This document shows positions 32,691 through 42,032 of a stretch of 64,000 nt of DNA, one piece after another (positions within the stretch are counted from its first letter, which is position 1; each line of letters begins with the position of its first letter). The notes under the pieces are model-generated. The model was not told the DNA's origin. It ran no database searches and saw nothing but the letters and a program-made list of their open reading frames with translations. The position numbers and the translations under genes were made by a program. The DNA is from a virus: IMG/VR virus record IMGVR_UViG_3300047160_000733; one strand, 5' to 3'.

Positions 32691-35381
32691 ATGAAAGGAT
32701 TATACATATTCGATGCCGAGGCCGACGGCCTGTTGGACGATATGACTCACTTCCACTGTATCCTTTTTAAGGCTTACGGTGAGAAGAAGTTTTATCTATT
32801 CTTGGACGAGAAGCATGAGGAGTACGGCGGGGCATTACAGTACGCCAAGCAGAAAGCAGTTGGGGCGGAAGCTGAGCTGATCGTGCGGGACTTCTCTGAG
32901 GTTAACGCATTCTTGAGCACAGAACCACGGGCCATCGCTTGCCACAACATGTTTGGTTATGACCTACGAGCTTTTAAGAAGTTCTTGGGGACTAAGTACG
33001 ATATGTTTGAAGACAAGAAGTGTATGGGGATGATCAACGGGAAGCAGGTTTCTATGTTTGATACCCTGTCAATGTCTCGTACACTCTACCCTGACCGTCC
33101 TTTACCAAAAGGTTGTCCTGATCAGGTATTCGTACCTGCACTTGGGCGCAAGAAGAAGGTTGGCCCTCATGGTTTGGAAGCATGGGGTATGCGTGTTGCC
33201 AACCTGAAGGTATCCATTGACGACTGGCGCGGGCTCCCACTGTGGAAGTACGTTGACCGTTGTTGGGAAGACGTTGTAATCAACGAATTAGTTTGGCAGA
33301 GACTGGTTCAAGAGGCCTCAGGGAAAGATAACCCCGACGATAAACGCTTCTACTACGGGGATAAACCGGATCGTCTGCGAAACCAGATGATCAATTGGAA
33401 GGATTCTTTACGACGTGGTATGCTGGCAGACTACCTGATGATTGAGCAAGAGATTCAGGGTGTTTGTTTCGATGAAGAATCAGCTATCAAGCTGCGAGAT
33501 TATTGTGACAAAACAATGGCAGAGATCGAGGCAGATGTTGAACCACAGCTTCCAAAGAAGGAGTTGTCTCCATCTGCACGTCCTACGTTCCCTGCGGCAC
33601 CATTTAAAGCGGATGGGACGATCTCTACTCACGGTTGGTCATGGCTGAAGAGGTTAGATTACCCTGTTAACCAAGAGGCGTTGGATTACAAGGATCCACC
33701 TAAAACTTCGTTCAAGGCTAACGGTGAGGTATCTAAGGCGGGGGAGACTTTCTGTAATAAGGCGGGCATTACCGATCCTGAGCTCTATGCGGACTACCTG
33801 CGAGAGATGATAGATCGGGGAACCAGTCTATCACCTTTGCCTCCAGACTTGATGGAACAGGCCATACAGGACCTCAGGGACCGTAAAGAACCTTCGTTCA
33901 TGGTAGAGATGAAGATCTCCAACCAGAAAGACATCAAGGAATACCTTATCCGAGATGCAGGGTGGAAACCTACGGTTTGGCGACTGAAGGACGTAACAAA
34001 AGATCAGTTCAAGAAGCAACGTAACCAGTTCGAGATTGATGACTTGGTTAACCAATACATTGATTGGCTGGCGGAGGTGTGTCCTCATCGAGGGTTGATC
34101 TTGAAAGAACTTGGACTTACAGAGTTCCAGTTCAAAGATCGTGAGAAGATGTTTAAGTTCTTTGTCCGTAAGGCACGTGGACTACCAACCACCGCCAAGT
34201 TTAAGGATGATCGCGGACAGTTGTGTGAGAACCTTGAGAAGGTTCAGGGTGATTTGGCTAAGCAGATCGTTAAGTGGCTGTCATTACGTAACCGACGATC
34301 AGTTCTAGACCCGATGAAGGAAGATAAGGTTGATACAGGACTTCTTAATCATCCACGACTACGGATCGATGGAAAGTTACCAGCTAGGGCCAACGGTATT
34401 ACCAACACAGGACGACGTAAACACTCAATCTGTGCTAACATGCCTAAGCCTGATCCAAAGGTTTTACTTGGCAAGGAGATGCGAGCCCTCTGGGGAGTTC
34501 CAGAAGGTAAGTATCAGGTAGGTATTGATGGTTCCAACCTTGAAGGTATGATTGCAGCGTGGGGCGCTTATGAGTTCGACGGCGGCGAATACCTACGAAT
34601 CATGGAATCAGGTGATGCCCATGCCCGAAACGCGAAGGCTTATTCCATTGCAGCAGGGGTGGAGGTAACACGTAACGGCGGGAAGGGGGTAACGTATGGA
34701 ATTATGTACGGGGCCCAAGCAGCTAAGATCTCTGCAATGCTAGGCATCTCGTTGGAGAAAGCACAGGCCGTAATCGACGCATTCTGGGATAGTAACTTTG
34801 GTTTGAAAGGTCGTCGTGAAGCCCTAGAGAAGTTCTGGGAAGCAACAGGTAAGCGATTCATCTACGGTATTGATGGACGTAAGATCTGGACTCGTTCTAA
34901 GCACTCATTGTTGAATGCTTATCAGCAGAACGGCGGGGCATCTCTGTTTGACTTGGTTGGTATTTTGTTCCATTATGCTATCAAGAATAACGGGATGTAC
35001 GATGATGGTGTCCGTCGAACCATCTACTACCACGACGAGTATCAAATCGAAGTACCAGAGAAGTACAAGAAGAAGTTCTACTTTGACACACTGGAAGAGG
35101 CTGATTCCTTTGTTAAAGAGTTTAAGGCCCAAGGTAAACATCTCGACGGACATAAACACTTTAAGGTCCGTAAGGATGAGAACAAGAAAGAGGTGTTAGA
35201 TGAGAACGGCAATCCTGTACGTGACCCAGTTCTGAATGCTGACGGGAAGATTGAAATAATCTATTGCCCTGTCGGAGAACTTGTGGTTAAATGTATTGAG
35301 AAAGCAGCCAAAATGCAAGGATCCCCAGTCCACATTACGGGTGAATACTTGACAGGTTATAACTGGGCAGACTGCCACTAG
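32691..35381 (+). CDS. family-A DNA polymerase with 3'-5' exonuclease domain (T7 gp5-like)
   Basis: Exo I YIFDAEADGL, Exo II CHNMFGYDL, pol motif A GIDGSNLEGM, motif B RNGGKGVTYGIMYGA, motif C YYHDEYQIEV. Confidence 0.9.
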   Translation: MKGLYIFDAEADGLLDDMTHFHCILFKAYGEKKFYLFLDEKHEEYGGALQYAKQKAVGAEAELIVRDFSEVNAFLSTEPRAIACHNMFGYDLRAFKKFLGTKYDMFEDKKCMGMINGKQVSMFDTLSMSRTLYPDRPLPKGCPDQVFVPALGRKKKVGPHGLEAWGMRVANLKVSIDDWRGLPLWKYVDRCWEDVVINELVWQRLVQEASGKDNPDDKRFYYGDKPDRLRNQMINWKDSLRRGMLADYLMIEQEIQGVCFDEESAIKLRDYCDKTMAEIEADVEPQLPKKELSPSARPTFPAAPFKADGTISTHGWSWLKRLDYPVNQEALDYKDPPKTSFKANGEVSKAGETFCNKAGITDPELYADYLREMIDRGTSLSPLPPDLMEQAIQDLRDRKEPSFMVEMKISNQKDIKEYLIRDAGWKPTVWRLKDVTKDQFKKQRNQFEIDDLVNQYIDWLAEVCPHRGLILKELGLTEFQFKDREKMFKFFVRKARGLPTTAKFKDDRGQLCENLEKVQGDLAKQIVKWLSLRNRRSVLDPMKEDKVDTGLLNHPRLRIDGKLPARANGITNTGRRKHSICANMPKPDPKVLLGKEMRALWGVPEGKYQVGIDGSNLEGMIAAWGAYEFDGGEYLRIMESGDAHARNAKAYSIAAGVEVTRNGGKGVTYGIMYGAQAAKISAMLGISLEKAQAVIDAFWDSNFGLKGRREALEKFWEATGKRFIYGIDGRKIWTRSKHSLLNAYQQNGGASLFDLVGILFHYAIKNNGMYDDGVRRTIYYHDEYQIEVPEKYKKKFYFDTLEEADSFVKEFKAQGKHLDGHKHFKVRKDENKKEVLDENGNPVRDPVLNADGKIEIIYCPVGELVVKCIEKAAKMQGSPVHITGEYLTGYNWADCH

Positions 35382-35416
35382 TGAAATGGGCCTACGGGCC
35401 CTTTATAGGGGGAATA

Positions 35417-35695
35417 ATGATTAGGAAAGGCCTTTCTTACTATTTTTTGAACACGGATGGAGATATATTCCATTATGCAACAAATCCAATTGATAAGGAT
35501 TTTGAAGCAACGGTCAAAGGGCGTAATGGAATAGTTGCTATGAATCTGAACGGACCTGTTACCTACGAAGGTGTTAAGTACGACCCAGTTGTGGGAGTAA
35601 ACGATGTTGGTGTGGTGGTATTACGCCTGATGCGAAAGAAAGGTAGTTTATTCTTTACATCACCACTAACTGTAAACGGAGAAATAATTTCATGA
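35417..35695 (+). CDS. hypothetical protein
   Basis: ORF-track 35381..35695 trimmed to the ATG at 35417 behind GGGGGA. The GTG at 35381 remains possible. Confidence 0.55.
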   Translation: MIRKGLSYYFLNTDGDIFHYATNPIDKDFEATVKGRNGIVAMNLNGPVTYEGVKYDPVVGVNDVGVVVLRLMRKKGSLFFTSPLTVNGEIIS

Positions 35696-35949
35696 GTTAT
35701 TGCGAAATGACAAAAGAAGAGCGTAAGTGGGTAGCCAAGCTTAACAAGATGTTAGCTAATCCCCCGTCAACTCGTTTGGGGTTCTTCACCATCGGGGATA
35801 ATTATATCGCCATATTCAACACAGATATCTTGCCGGATTCTTCACCGTTACTAGACAACGAAGATCTTGTTCACGTTGTCAACTCTACAGGTGCCTTATT
35901 CGGAGAGGTTATTTATTTCCCAGAAGCTGTTCAAGGAGTATGTGGATGA
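35692..35949 (+). CDS. hypothetical protein
   Basis: 85 aa, ATGA-coupled. Confidence 0.6.
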   Translation: MSYCEMTKEERKWVAKLNKMLANPPSTRLGFFTIGDNYIAIFNTDILPDSSPLLDNEDLVHVVNSTGALFGEVIYFPEAVQGVCG

Positions 35950-36170
35950 GTAAGAAAAACAAATTGGTTGAAGTTTTTGTAGACGACGATAGCGAAATGA
36001 TGCGGGTAGACATTGACGGTAAATCTTGGTTCGAGGGTAACTTCTGGGATATTGATCGAGATGGTTGGATCGAGATCATGCAGAAGGCCGGACTTAAGGT
36101 TGATGAGTATTCATATCAATACGGCGATGGTTGTGAAGAAGAAGTTGACGACGAGGAAGAAGAGGAGTAA
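35940..36170 (+). CDS. hypothetical protein with poly-acidic C-terminus
   Basis: Ends CEEEVDDEEEEE. Confidence 0.6.
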   Translation: MWMSKKNKLVEVFVDDDSEMMRVDIDGKSWFEGNFWDIDRDGWIEIMQKAGLKVDEYSYQYGDGCEEEVDDEEEEE

Positions 36171-36194
36171 GATCCTCTGTACCGAAACCAAATA

Positions 36195-36219
36195 GGGCCC
36201 TTCGGGGCCCTTTTCTTTT
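36195..36219 (+). terminator. rho-independent terminator
   Basis: GGGCCC-TTCG-GGGCCC followed by TTTTCTTTT. Confidence 0.8.
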
Positions 36220-36233
36220 ATCTGGAGGAAATA

Positions 36234-36476
36234 ATGGGAAAAGAAAAGTTAGAAATTGGTGATGTTGTTTACCTTAAATCTGGCGGAAAACCTATGACCA
36301 TTGTATCAACACATGAAGGTCTTGGTCTTATAGATACGGGCCATGTTGGGGTTATGTGGATGGGTGAAACGGGTGTTATGCATTCTTCCAAACTGTCAGT
36401 GAATGTAGTCACCAAGACTCAACAATCCGCATACTACCTACGATACGCATCTATTAGCGATATTGGGGGGTTATAA
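36234..36476 (+). CDS. small protein, YodC/DUF2158-like
   Basis: KLEIGDVVYLKSGGKPMTIVS resembles the DUF2158 signature (recollection). GGAGGA RBS. Confidence 0.6.
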   Translation: MGKEKLEIGDVVYLKSGGKPMTIVSTHEGLGLIDTGHVGVMWMGETGVMHSSKLSVNVVTKTQQSAYYLRYASISDIGGL

Positions 36477-36955
36477 TGACACCAGATACTGACGGGATTG
36501 ACCACATCAATATCTACACCAAAGGAAAGACAGAGCTAGGTAGAGGGTTAACCAACCTGTCGCCGTATGCATTCCTTCATGACGGGACGATGTTCCACAG
36601 TATGGAGGCCTTCTGGTATTACCACAAGATGAAGATGTTGGGATTTCCATATGCCCACTTCCACACCATGCGCGGGATGGAGGCCAAGAAAGCAGGAGGT
36701 AAGATCAAGAATAATCTTTCACCTGAACAGTTTGAAGAGTTTAAAATAATCATGATTGAGGGTATGAAATGCAGACTACGACAGAACCCGAAATTACTTA
36801 AACTATTGGTTGACTCTGACCTCCCTTTCAAGCATTATTATGGGTACGGAAGTACAGAGACTGGATGGAAAATAGTTGAGCTTGAGCGCCATAACTGGCA
36901 GTGCGAGCTTTATGAGGAAATAAGGGCTATATGTAAAAAGGCTTGGGGGAAATGA
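36476..36955 (+). CDS. possible NADAR (YbiA-like) superfamily protein
   Basis: HINIYTKGKTELGRGLTNLSPYAFLHDGTMFHSMEAFWYYHKM parallels YbiA INFYS...FSNF...DG..W.TSEHYFQAQKF. A later ...LRQNPKLLKLLVDSDLPFKHYYGYG segment also parallels it. The catalytic-region residues are not all conserved. Confidence 0.4.
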   Translation: MTPDTDGIDHINIYTKGKTELGRGLTNLSPYAFLHDGTMFHSMEAFWYYHKMKMLGFPYAHFHTMRGMEAKKAGGKIKNNLSPEQFEEFKIIMIEGMKCRLRQNPKLLKLLVDSDLPFKHYYGYGSTETGWKIVELERHNWQCELYEEIRAICKKAWGK

Positions 36956-37374
36956 TGGAAAGAAACTTTTTAGAAATTGGTAAGAAATACCTTATCACCA
37001 CAGACAATTGGTTTATTGCGCCAAACGGGCGACAGTACCGCTCAGTATTTGGGACCGTGAAAGGAATCAATGATGCTGACTCTACGTTGGGCCTGAAGAC
37101 CAACCGTAACAGCACAAACTGGTACGTTATTATCGGCGGGATGGTCATTGCGGGATGCCAGATCCACTATTTGGTAGAGACTGAGAGTATTGTCCCTGAA
37201 GGACAGGAAATTGTTGACTTCGAATTCCATGAAGGTGAGGTTAGATTCAACACTGCGCCTTCCCGTATCTATCGTGCGGATGAACCATACAACAGCAGGG
37301 CTGAAGATCCTGTTAAAGCTCTCTCAGTAGTCCATGCCGAGCGTAAACGTATTGCGGGTGTTATTAATGGATAA
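36952..37374 (+). CDS. hypothetical protein
   Basis: Trimmed to the ATG at 36952, overlapping the upstream TGA. Confidence 0.6.
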   Translation: MMERNFLEIGKKYLITTDNWFIAPNGRQYRSVFGTVKGINDADSTLGLKTNRNSTNWYVIIGGMVIAGCQIHYLVETESIVPEGQEIVDFEFHEGEVRFNTAPSRIYRADEPYNSRAEDPVKALSVVHAERKRIAGVING

Positions 37375-37693
37375 AAACAAACAAATGCGGGAATGGCTTG
37401 CTAAGCAGAAATACCTACCTGCGGAGTTCAGGGATTTCCATAACCAAAAGGATCTGTTCGAAGCGATCCACTTTGTTATAGGGAACGCTAACGATAACCC
37501 TAACATCAACCAAAGGACTGGGCATATCTATGTGGTAGATACATTCCTCTGGTATATGGCTAAGCGGGGATATACGCTACAGCGTAGCCGACGGAAGGAC
37601 CTAGACTTCGACAGCATTGAGGCGGATATCAAGGCGGTAGATGAGTTCACAAAAAAGCAGTTTTCTCAAATGTTAAACAACAGCAAGGGGTAA
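37367..37693 (+). CDS. hypothetical protein
   Basis: Trimmed to the ATG at 37367 (MDKNKQMREWLAKQKY...). Confidence 0.6.
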   Translation: MDKNKQMREWLAKQKYLPAEFRDFHNQKDLFEAIHFVIGNANDNPNINQRTGHIYVVDTFLWYMAKRGYTLQRSRRKDLDFDSIEADIKAVDEFTKKQFSQMLNNSKG

Positions 37694-37697
37694 TACT

Positions 37698-37952
37698 ATG
37701 ATCACTATCAATATCAGTTCTGAAGGTACTAAATCTGGAAAAACTTCTGTGGCGATGATTATCGCTAAAGCATTATTCGATGCAAACATCACGGGTGTTG
37801 TTCTATCATGCGATACATATAAATCTTTGGAGGAGAAATTCTTCACCAACCCAAAAGAGCTGGGTAGCCGTGTAACTGAAGCTGAAGTGACGATCTATGA
37901 TGATGCAAATACAGAGTTTATCGAAGAAAAAGGTGGAGCTTTCGGCTTCTAA
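37698..37952 (+). CDS. hypothetical protein
   Basis: 84 aa. Has a GTKSGKTS P-loop-like segment but is too short for a complete NTPase. Confidence 0.55.
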   Translation: MITINISSEGTKSGKTSVAMIIAKALFDANITGVVLSCDTYKSLEEKFFTNPKELGSRVTEAEVTIYDDANTEFIEEKGGAFGF

Positions 37953-37970
37953 TTCATTGAGGGCTTTATT

Positions 37971-38204
37971 ATGACACCAAGACTAAGAACTGTGGAGATT
38001 GCAATTAAGAAGTATGCAGACAATGGTAAAGCCCTGCCTCCTAATCTCCTATACGGGAAATTCCACGGTTGGGGTAATCAGGGATTGGAAGGGGATAATG
38101 GATCAGTTGCTTCAGAGACAATAGGTATTGTTGAGCTTTCCGATGGTCAGATCAGCACATACTACCCTTACCAGTTACGCTTTATAAAATGGAGTAACAA
38201 ATGA
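37971..38204 (+). CDS. hypothetical protein
   Basis: 77-aa ORF. Confidence 0.6.
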   Translation: MTPRLRTVEIAIKKYADNGKALPPNLLYGKFHGWGNQGLEGDNGSVASETIGIVELSDGQISTYYPYQLRFIKWSNK

Positions 38205-38485
38205 AAAAGACATACATTGTAAAATACGATCTCTTCCCATACTACATCGTCATTAAGGGGGAGAAAATGGAGTTTTGCGGAGAGACAAGGGTTATGTCCA
38301 GTAGTCTTGGAAACTTCAGTATGAAGAATATTCTTGGGGAGTTTGGACTAGAAGCATACGAAGACCTAAAAGCTGAGAAGCGTATGTTGTGCAGAAAGTA
38401 TGATGAAGGACTCTTACAACTTAAAAAAGATTTGCTTGCATCTTCGTCGATAAGCGATATAATGAAACACAAAATCCCAGACTAA
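38201..38485 (+). CDS. hypothetical protein
   Basis: 94 aa, ATGA-coupled. Confidence 0.6.
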   Translation: MKKTYIVKYDLFPYYIVIKGEKMEFCGETRVMSSSLGNFSMKNILGEFGLEAYEDLKAEKRMLCRKYDEGLLQLKKDLLASSSISDIMKHKIPD

Positions 38486-38502
38486 CAGAAAAGGAAAAAA
38501 TA

Positions 38503-39456
38503 ATGAGCCAACTTACCAAGATTGAAACTTCAAAAGATGGCGTTATGTACTTTGTGCATCCGCAAACAGGTAAAACCCTCGTCAATATGCGATCACTGAT
38601 CAACTTCTTAGCTCCTGAGAAGTTCCATAACCGAATCAATATCATGCTGTCAAATTCATGGAACATGTTTGACCAGTGCGGGCGTCTGAAGAACTTTGAA
38701 GAGTCTGAGAAATTGCATTTCCATTGTCCTGTTGCTTGTCGGAACATCCGTGCCACTAAGTGGGGAGACACTGAGGGAGCGATCCGATTCGTTAAGACCA
38801 TCCATATGTACTTGCACAAGACTGTTGCCGATGCCGTCTGGACGATTAAGAGCTTTAAACATGATGTAAATACAGTCCACGCCGCCACTGTAAACTGGCC
38901 CTCTGTACGTGTTAATGAAACAGCTCCGATCCTACCAACCAAGTTGACCGATGTGTCCGTTGTTTCCAACACCTTGAAGATGCGGATCGATTGTTTGGAG
39001 TATGAATTGAAAACTCACAAGGATACAATTGGTGCTCTTCGTGTAAAGGCTGTTGGTGATGATCTAGAGGTAAAGAAATCTGCAAAAGATCTGGCTAAGG
39101 CTCAGTGTCGAATTGAAGAGCTTGAACTTCAGGTGGCTAACCTTACGAATACTGCTTTGACTTCAACTCATGGTAACGTATTCTTCAACGATGAGGCCTT
39201 CCTGCTGGCCTGTGATAACGTCGGAATTAGTCGGGAGTATGCGAGTAAGCATTTGATGAGCGAGGCCTGTAGCGTTGTCTCACAGAGCATCATGACTATG
39301 GCGCAGATCCATATTGCGAACTCAGGCTTCAGGACTACAGGGGCTGAGTGTCTTAACTCTTGGGGTATTCGTAGATTGAAGGAGCTAGACCTGAAGAAGG
39401 TTGCGGTCAATGTCTATACAGACCATCAGAAAAAGAAGCTGAATAAAAACTTCTAA
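38503..39456 (+). CDS. hypothetical protein with central coiled coil
   Basis: 317 aa behind AAAGGAAAA. Heptad-like region CLEYELKTHKDTIGALRVK...CRIEELELQVANL. Confidence 0.7.
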   Translation: MSQLTKIETSKDGVMYFVHPQTGKTLVNMRSLINFLAPEKFHNRINIMLSNSWNMFDQCGRLKNFEESEKLHFHCPVACRNIRATKWGDTEGAIRFVKTIHMYLHKTVADAVWTIKSFKHDVNTVHAATVNWPSVRVNETAPILPTKLTDVSVVSNTLKMRIDCLEYELKTHKDTIGALRVKAVGDDLEVKKSAKDLAKAQCRIEELELQVANLTNTALTSTHGNVFFNDEAFLLACDNVGISREYASKHLMSEACSVVSQSIMTMAQIHIANSGFRTTGAECLNSWGIRRLKELDLKKVAVNVYTDHQKKKLNKNF

Positions 39457-39465
39457 GACTCCAAC

Positions 39466-39493
39466 AGGCCACCTTCGGGTGGCCTTTCTTTTG
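39466..39493 (+). terminator. rho-independent terminator
   Basis: AGGCCACC-TTCG-GGTGGCCT followed by TTCTTTTGG. Confidence 0.8.
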
Positions 39494-39504
39494 GTTTCAA
39501 GTTA

Positions 39505-39513
39505 TGGTAAAAT
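39505..39513 (+). promoter_or_regulatory. possible extended -10 promoter of the cassette unit
   Basis: TGgTAAAAT. The same 9-mer occurs on the minus strand at 59931-59939 upstream of a baseplate gene. Confidence 0.4.
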
Positions 39514-39543
39514 AGCTTATTGATTGATATTTTGGAGGAACCT

Positions 39544-39681
39544 ATGTGGAATATGCTGTTGAGTCAAACTAAAGCCACTTTCGGGGCTAGGTATGGTGCT
39601 GCAAAGATAAAGATAATGAAGGCAGTTAAACCTTCAGTCCGGTTCGGCGCGGCTAAGATTAAAATAATGAGGAAGGCATAA
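39544..39681 (+). CDS. micro-ORF s0 (45 aa, very basic), cassette 1
   Basis: GGAGGA RBS. MWNMLLSQTKATFGARYGAAKIKIMKAVKPSVRFGAAKIKIMRKA with an internal repeat GAAKIKIM x2. Stop overlaps the next ATG (TAATG). Confidence 0.55.
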   Translation: MWNMLLSQTKATFGARYGAAKIKIMKAVKPSVRFGAAKIKIMRKA

Positions 39682-40772
39682 TGAGTACAGTGTACATGAC
39701 GGATTTTGATGATATGTTCAATGCTGGTACAGCAACATCATGGACTTATGGAAAAGGCGACCTTCTTGCAAGATTTATTGCTGACTCTTCTAGGGTTCAA
39801 GATGGAACGAATAGGAACGGGGTATTAAATTTAGCAATAGGTAGCAATGTGGGTGTACTGAAGTGGGTGACAAAAGAACTCATGATGAAATTTCCACAAA
39901 CTACAACACCATATGCCAACGGTACAGGATCAATAATCTTCTCGGCAGTAGAGAGAAAATCTAAAAAAGAATTCGTAGTTGGTGAGTGCTATACCCTAGG
40001 GGCTAAACTTATTAAAAGTTGGTCAACTACAACGCCAATTGTCATGGTATATGGGTCAAATGATCAGGTTGCAAATAAATTCTCCATTGCAACATCTAGT
40101 TCAGCAACAGATATGTATGTGGAAACTACAGTCAAGATAACTGGAGTGACAGACACTGAATTATCTGGCATTATTGAAGTGTTTATCAACGGTGTTAAAA
40201 CATACAGTCAGGCGTGGAAAGATATTGGGTCAATAATTATAGGTCCGTATTATGCTCAGGTGTGGAATGGGTCATCTTTGGTATATCCTACAATGCCTCC
40301 TGCTGGCGGGCAGATTTCATACTCAAATATCTATGTAGATTCTAGTGCGGGGGATCCAACCAGACACGGTTCTGTGATTATATCATCACAAAATTTTGAC
40401 AGTGTTAAGGTAGGAGGGGAAACAGAGGAAAACAAAGACAGGTTCTACTCACAACATTTTAATATTGAGTCTGGTTTGTTTGGTATGACAACTGACGGGT
40501 ATGTTCCCAGTGGGAACGTTGAGTTTGAGGCTACGATCCAAGACACATCGGATATCATATCTGCAACTTGCTCCTTACTTTGTGACAGCTCTGACCCAGC
40601 TATCCCAGTTAGTGTTGTTTCAAAGATTGATAAAAAGGGGGGAGGTTCGGCTTCGGAAACATCTAAACTAGCGTTGCTGGTCGATAGAGGCCTTGGAGTG
40701 AACATACCAATAGACCCTGTAGATATTTTGAATGGGGGTATTACTTTTAAAAATACCACCGAGAGGTTATGA
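39681..40772 (+). CDS. cassette large protein P1 (363 aa), jelly-roll/ConA-like lectin fold suspected
   Basis: Shares the block DMYVETTV...IEVFINGV...IGSIIIG with P2 (NVFVEVVV...VSVYYNGT...IGSISIG) and P3 (DVYVEVCF...IQMYYNSE...). Confidence 0.75.
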   Translation: MSTVYMTDFDDMFNAGTATSWTYGKGDLLARFIADSSRVQDGTNRNGVLNLAIGSNVGVLKWVTKELMMKFPQTTTPYANGTGSIIFSAVERKSKKEFVVGECYTLGAKLIKSWSTTTPIVMVYGSNDQVANKFSIATSSSATDMYVETTVKITGVTDTELSGIIEVFINGVKTYSQAWKDIGSIIIGPYYAQVWNGSSLVYPTMPPAGGQISYSNIYVDSSAGDPTRHGSVIISSQNFDSVKVGGETEENKDRFYSQHFNIESGLFGMTTDGYVPSGNVEFEATIQDTSDIISATCSLLCDSSDPAIPVSVVSKIDKKGGGSASETSKLALLVDRGLGVNIPIDPVDILNGGITFKNTTERL

Positions 40773-40773
40773 T

Positions 40774-40920
40774 ATGTGGATAACACTACTAGCATCTGGG
40801 CAAGCCTCAGGCCAATCTGCAATAATTCAATCTGTCAGTGAGTACATGTATGTTGTCAGCCCAAAATCGGCAGTTGTTTGGACATTGACAGAATATCTTT
40901 ACACCATCAAGAAGAAATAG
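40774..40920 (+). CDS. micro-ORF s1 (48 aa), cassette 2
   Basis: ATG lies 1 nt after the P1 stop, behind GAGAGG. MWITLLASGQASGQSAIIQSV... The first 9 codons equal s2 at protein level, with 4 synonymous differences. Confidence 0.6.
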   Translation: MWITLLASGQASGQSAIIQSVSEYMYVVSPKSAVVWTLTEYLYTIKKK

Positions 40921-40928
40921 GGGATACT

Positions 40929-42029
40929 ATGATTGTAGGAATGGGTAGTTGGAATGGTCTTGCTTCAGTTGACTACGCTGCAAGTATGGCCCAAGATCTT
41001 CGCACACGGATCAGGGAGATAACCAAACTTGATAAGGGTCTTTCACCAATTAATACTTTTGACGCTAATACTCAATCTCAGATATCCTTTGTAGCTGGTA
41101 CAGGGGTACGGTGGAAAAATGTGATAGCTAATGGGTTGCGTATGGGTTACGGAACTTGGCAACCGACTAGGAACTACGGTGGAAAGTCTTGCAAGCGGTT
41201 TATTTTTGGGGTGTGTTTGGCGAGGGATGGGTCTAATTACGGGCACCCCGTGGTCATGTACGGTAACTTCCCTCAAGATGCGGGTGGTTACAAAACAGGT
41301 TGGTTAGGTGCAGGTACAAGTGCCACTGGTAACGTTTTTGTTGAGGTTGTTGTAGACTATGGCGTTGATGATTATGTAAGTGTATACTATAATGGCACAC
41401 TGACATTGAAGGTCAAGATGTCGAATATTGGTTCTATCAGTATTGGATCTCTAAACGCAACAACAGATATTAATGGTGGGGCAATTGCACCATTCCTAAG
41501 ACCAGAAATCAACGGACTATTGGAGTTTAAGCAGTGGTATTATGCCGTCAACGGACCAGATGATGTAGTTCTGGATGAGCCACGTGGTGCGTTCTATGTA
41601 GGGAAGATGAATCCTTATGGTCGGGAAGATGGCGATGAAGATGGTGGTACTCCTCCAGACTTCTCTTCTCAATACCCTATAATCAACAGCACCTTACCAT
41701 ATACTGCCGGAGTGTCGTCACCACGTGTAACTCTAGCACCTTCGGGGGGTAAGAAAACCGATTTCAGATTTGACAAGGCATCGGGGACCGATATAAGTGT
41801 AATAGCCGTAGCTACTAGGACTCTCGGTATGTCATCAATATCCGGCCTCAATTCCGGTGTTGAGCAAACCATTACGGTAGGTGGTGAGGTTAAGAAAAGT
41901 ACAAACTTCGTCCCTTTGACATCTGCAACGGTACAAGGTAACTACCAAAATGTGTTGCAGTTTTCTACACCTAAAGATGCGCTGGAGAAAGGTGATGTCA
42001 AGGTGTCTTATTCTTCAGTGAAGGTGTAG
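40929..42029 (+). CDS. cassette large protein P2 (366 aa), paralogue of P1/P3
   Basis: ORF-track 40878..42029 trimmed to the ATG at 40929 behind TAGGGGA. Motif block as for P1. Confidence 0.75.
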   Translation: MIVGMGSWNGLASVDYAASMAQDLRTRIREITKLDKGLSPINTFDANTQSQISFVAGTGVRWKNVIANGLRMGYGTWQPTRNYGGKSCKRFIFGVCLARDGSNYGHPVVMYGNFPQDAGGYKTGWLGAGTSATGNVFVEVVVDYGVDDYVSVYYNGTLTLKVKMSNIGSISIGSLNATTDINGGAIAPFLRPEINGLLEFKQWYYAVNGPDDVVLDEPRGAFYVGKMNPYGREDGDEDGGTPPDFSSQYPIINSTLPYTAGVSSPRVTLAPSGGKKTDFRFDKASGTDISVIAVATRTLGMSSISGLNSGVEQTITVGGEVKKSTNFVPLTSATVQGNYQNVLQFSTPKDALEKGDVKVSYSSVKV

Positions 42030-42032
42030 CCT

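Noticed and set aside
38421-38972. 183-aa minus-strand ORF
   Set aside because: Fully antisense to the well-supported 38503..39456 gene (good RBS, terminator). No signals of its own.
40878-40928. Programmed frameshift fusing micro-ORF s1 to P2 (overlapping open frames)
   Set aside because: No slippery heptamer or downstream structure in the overlap. P2 has its own RBS and ATG at 40929. The other two junctions are simple TAATG couplings.
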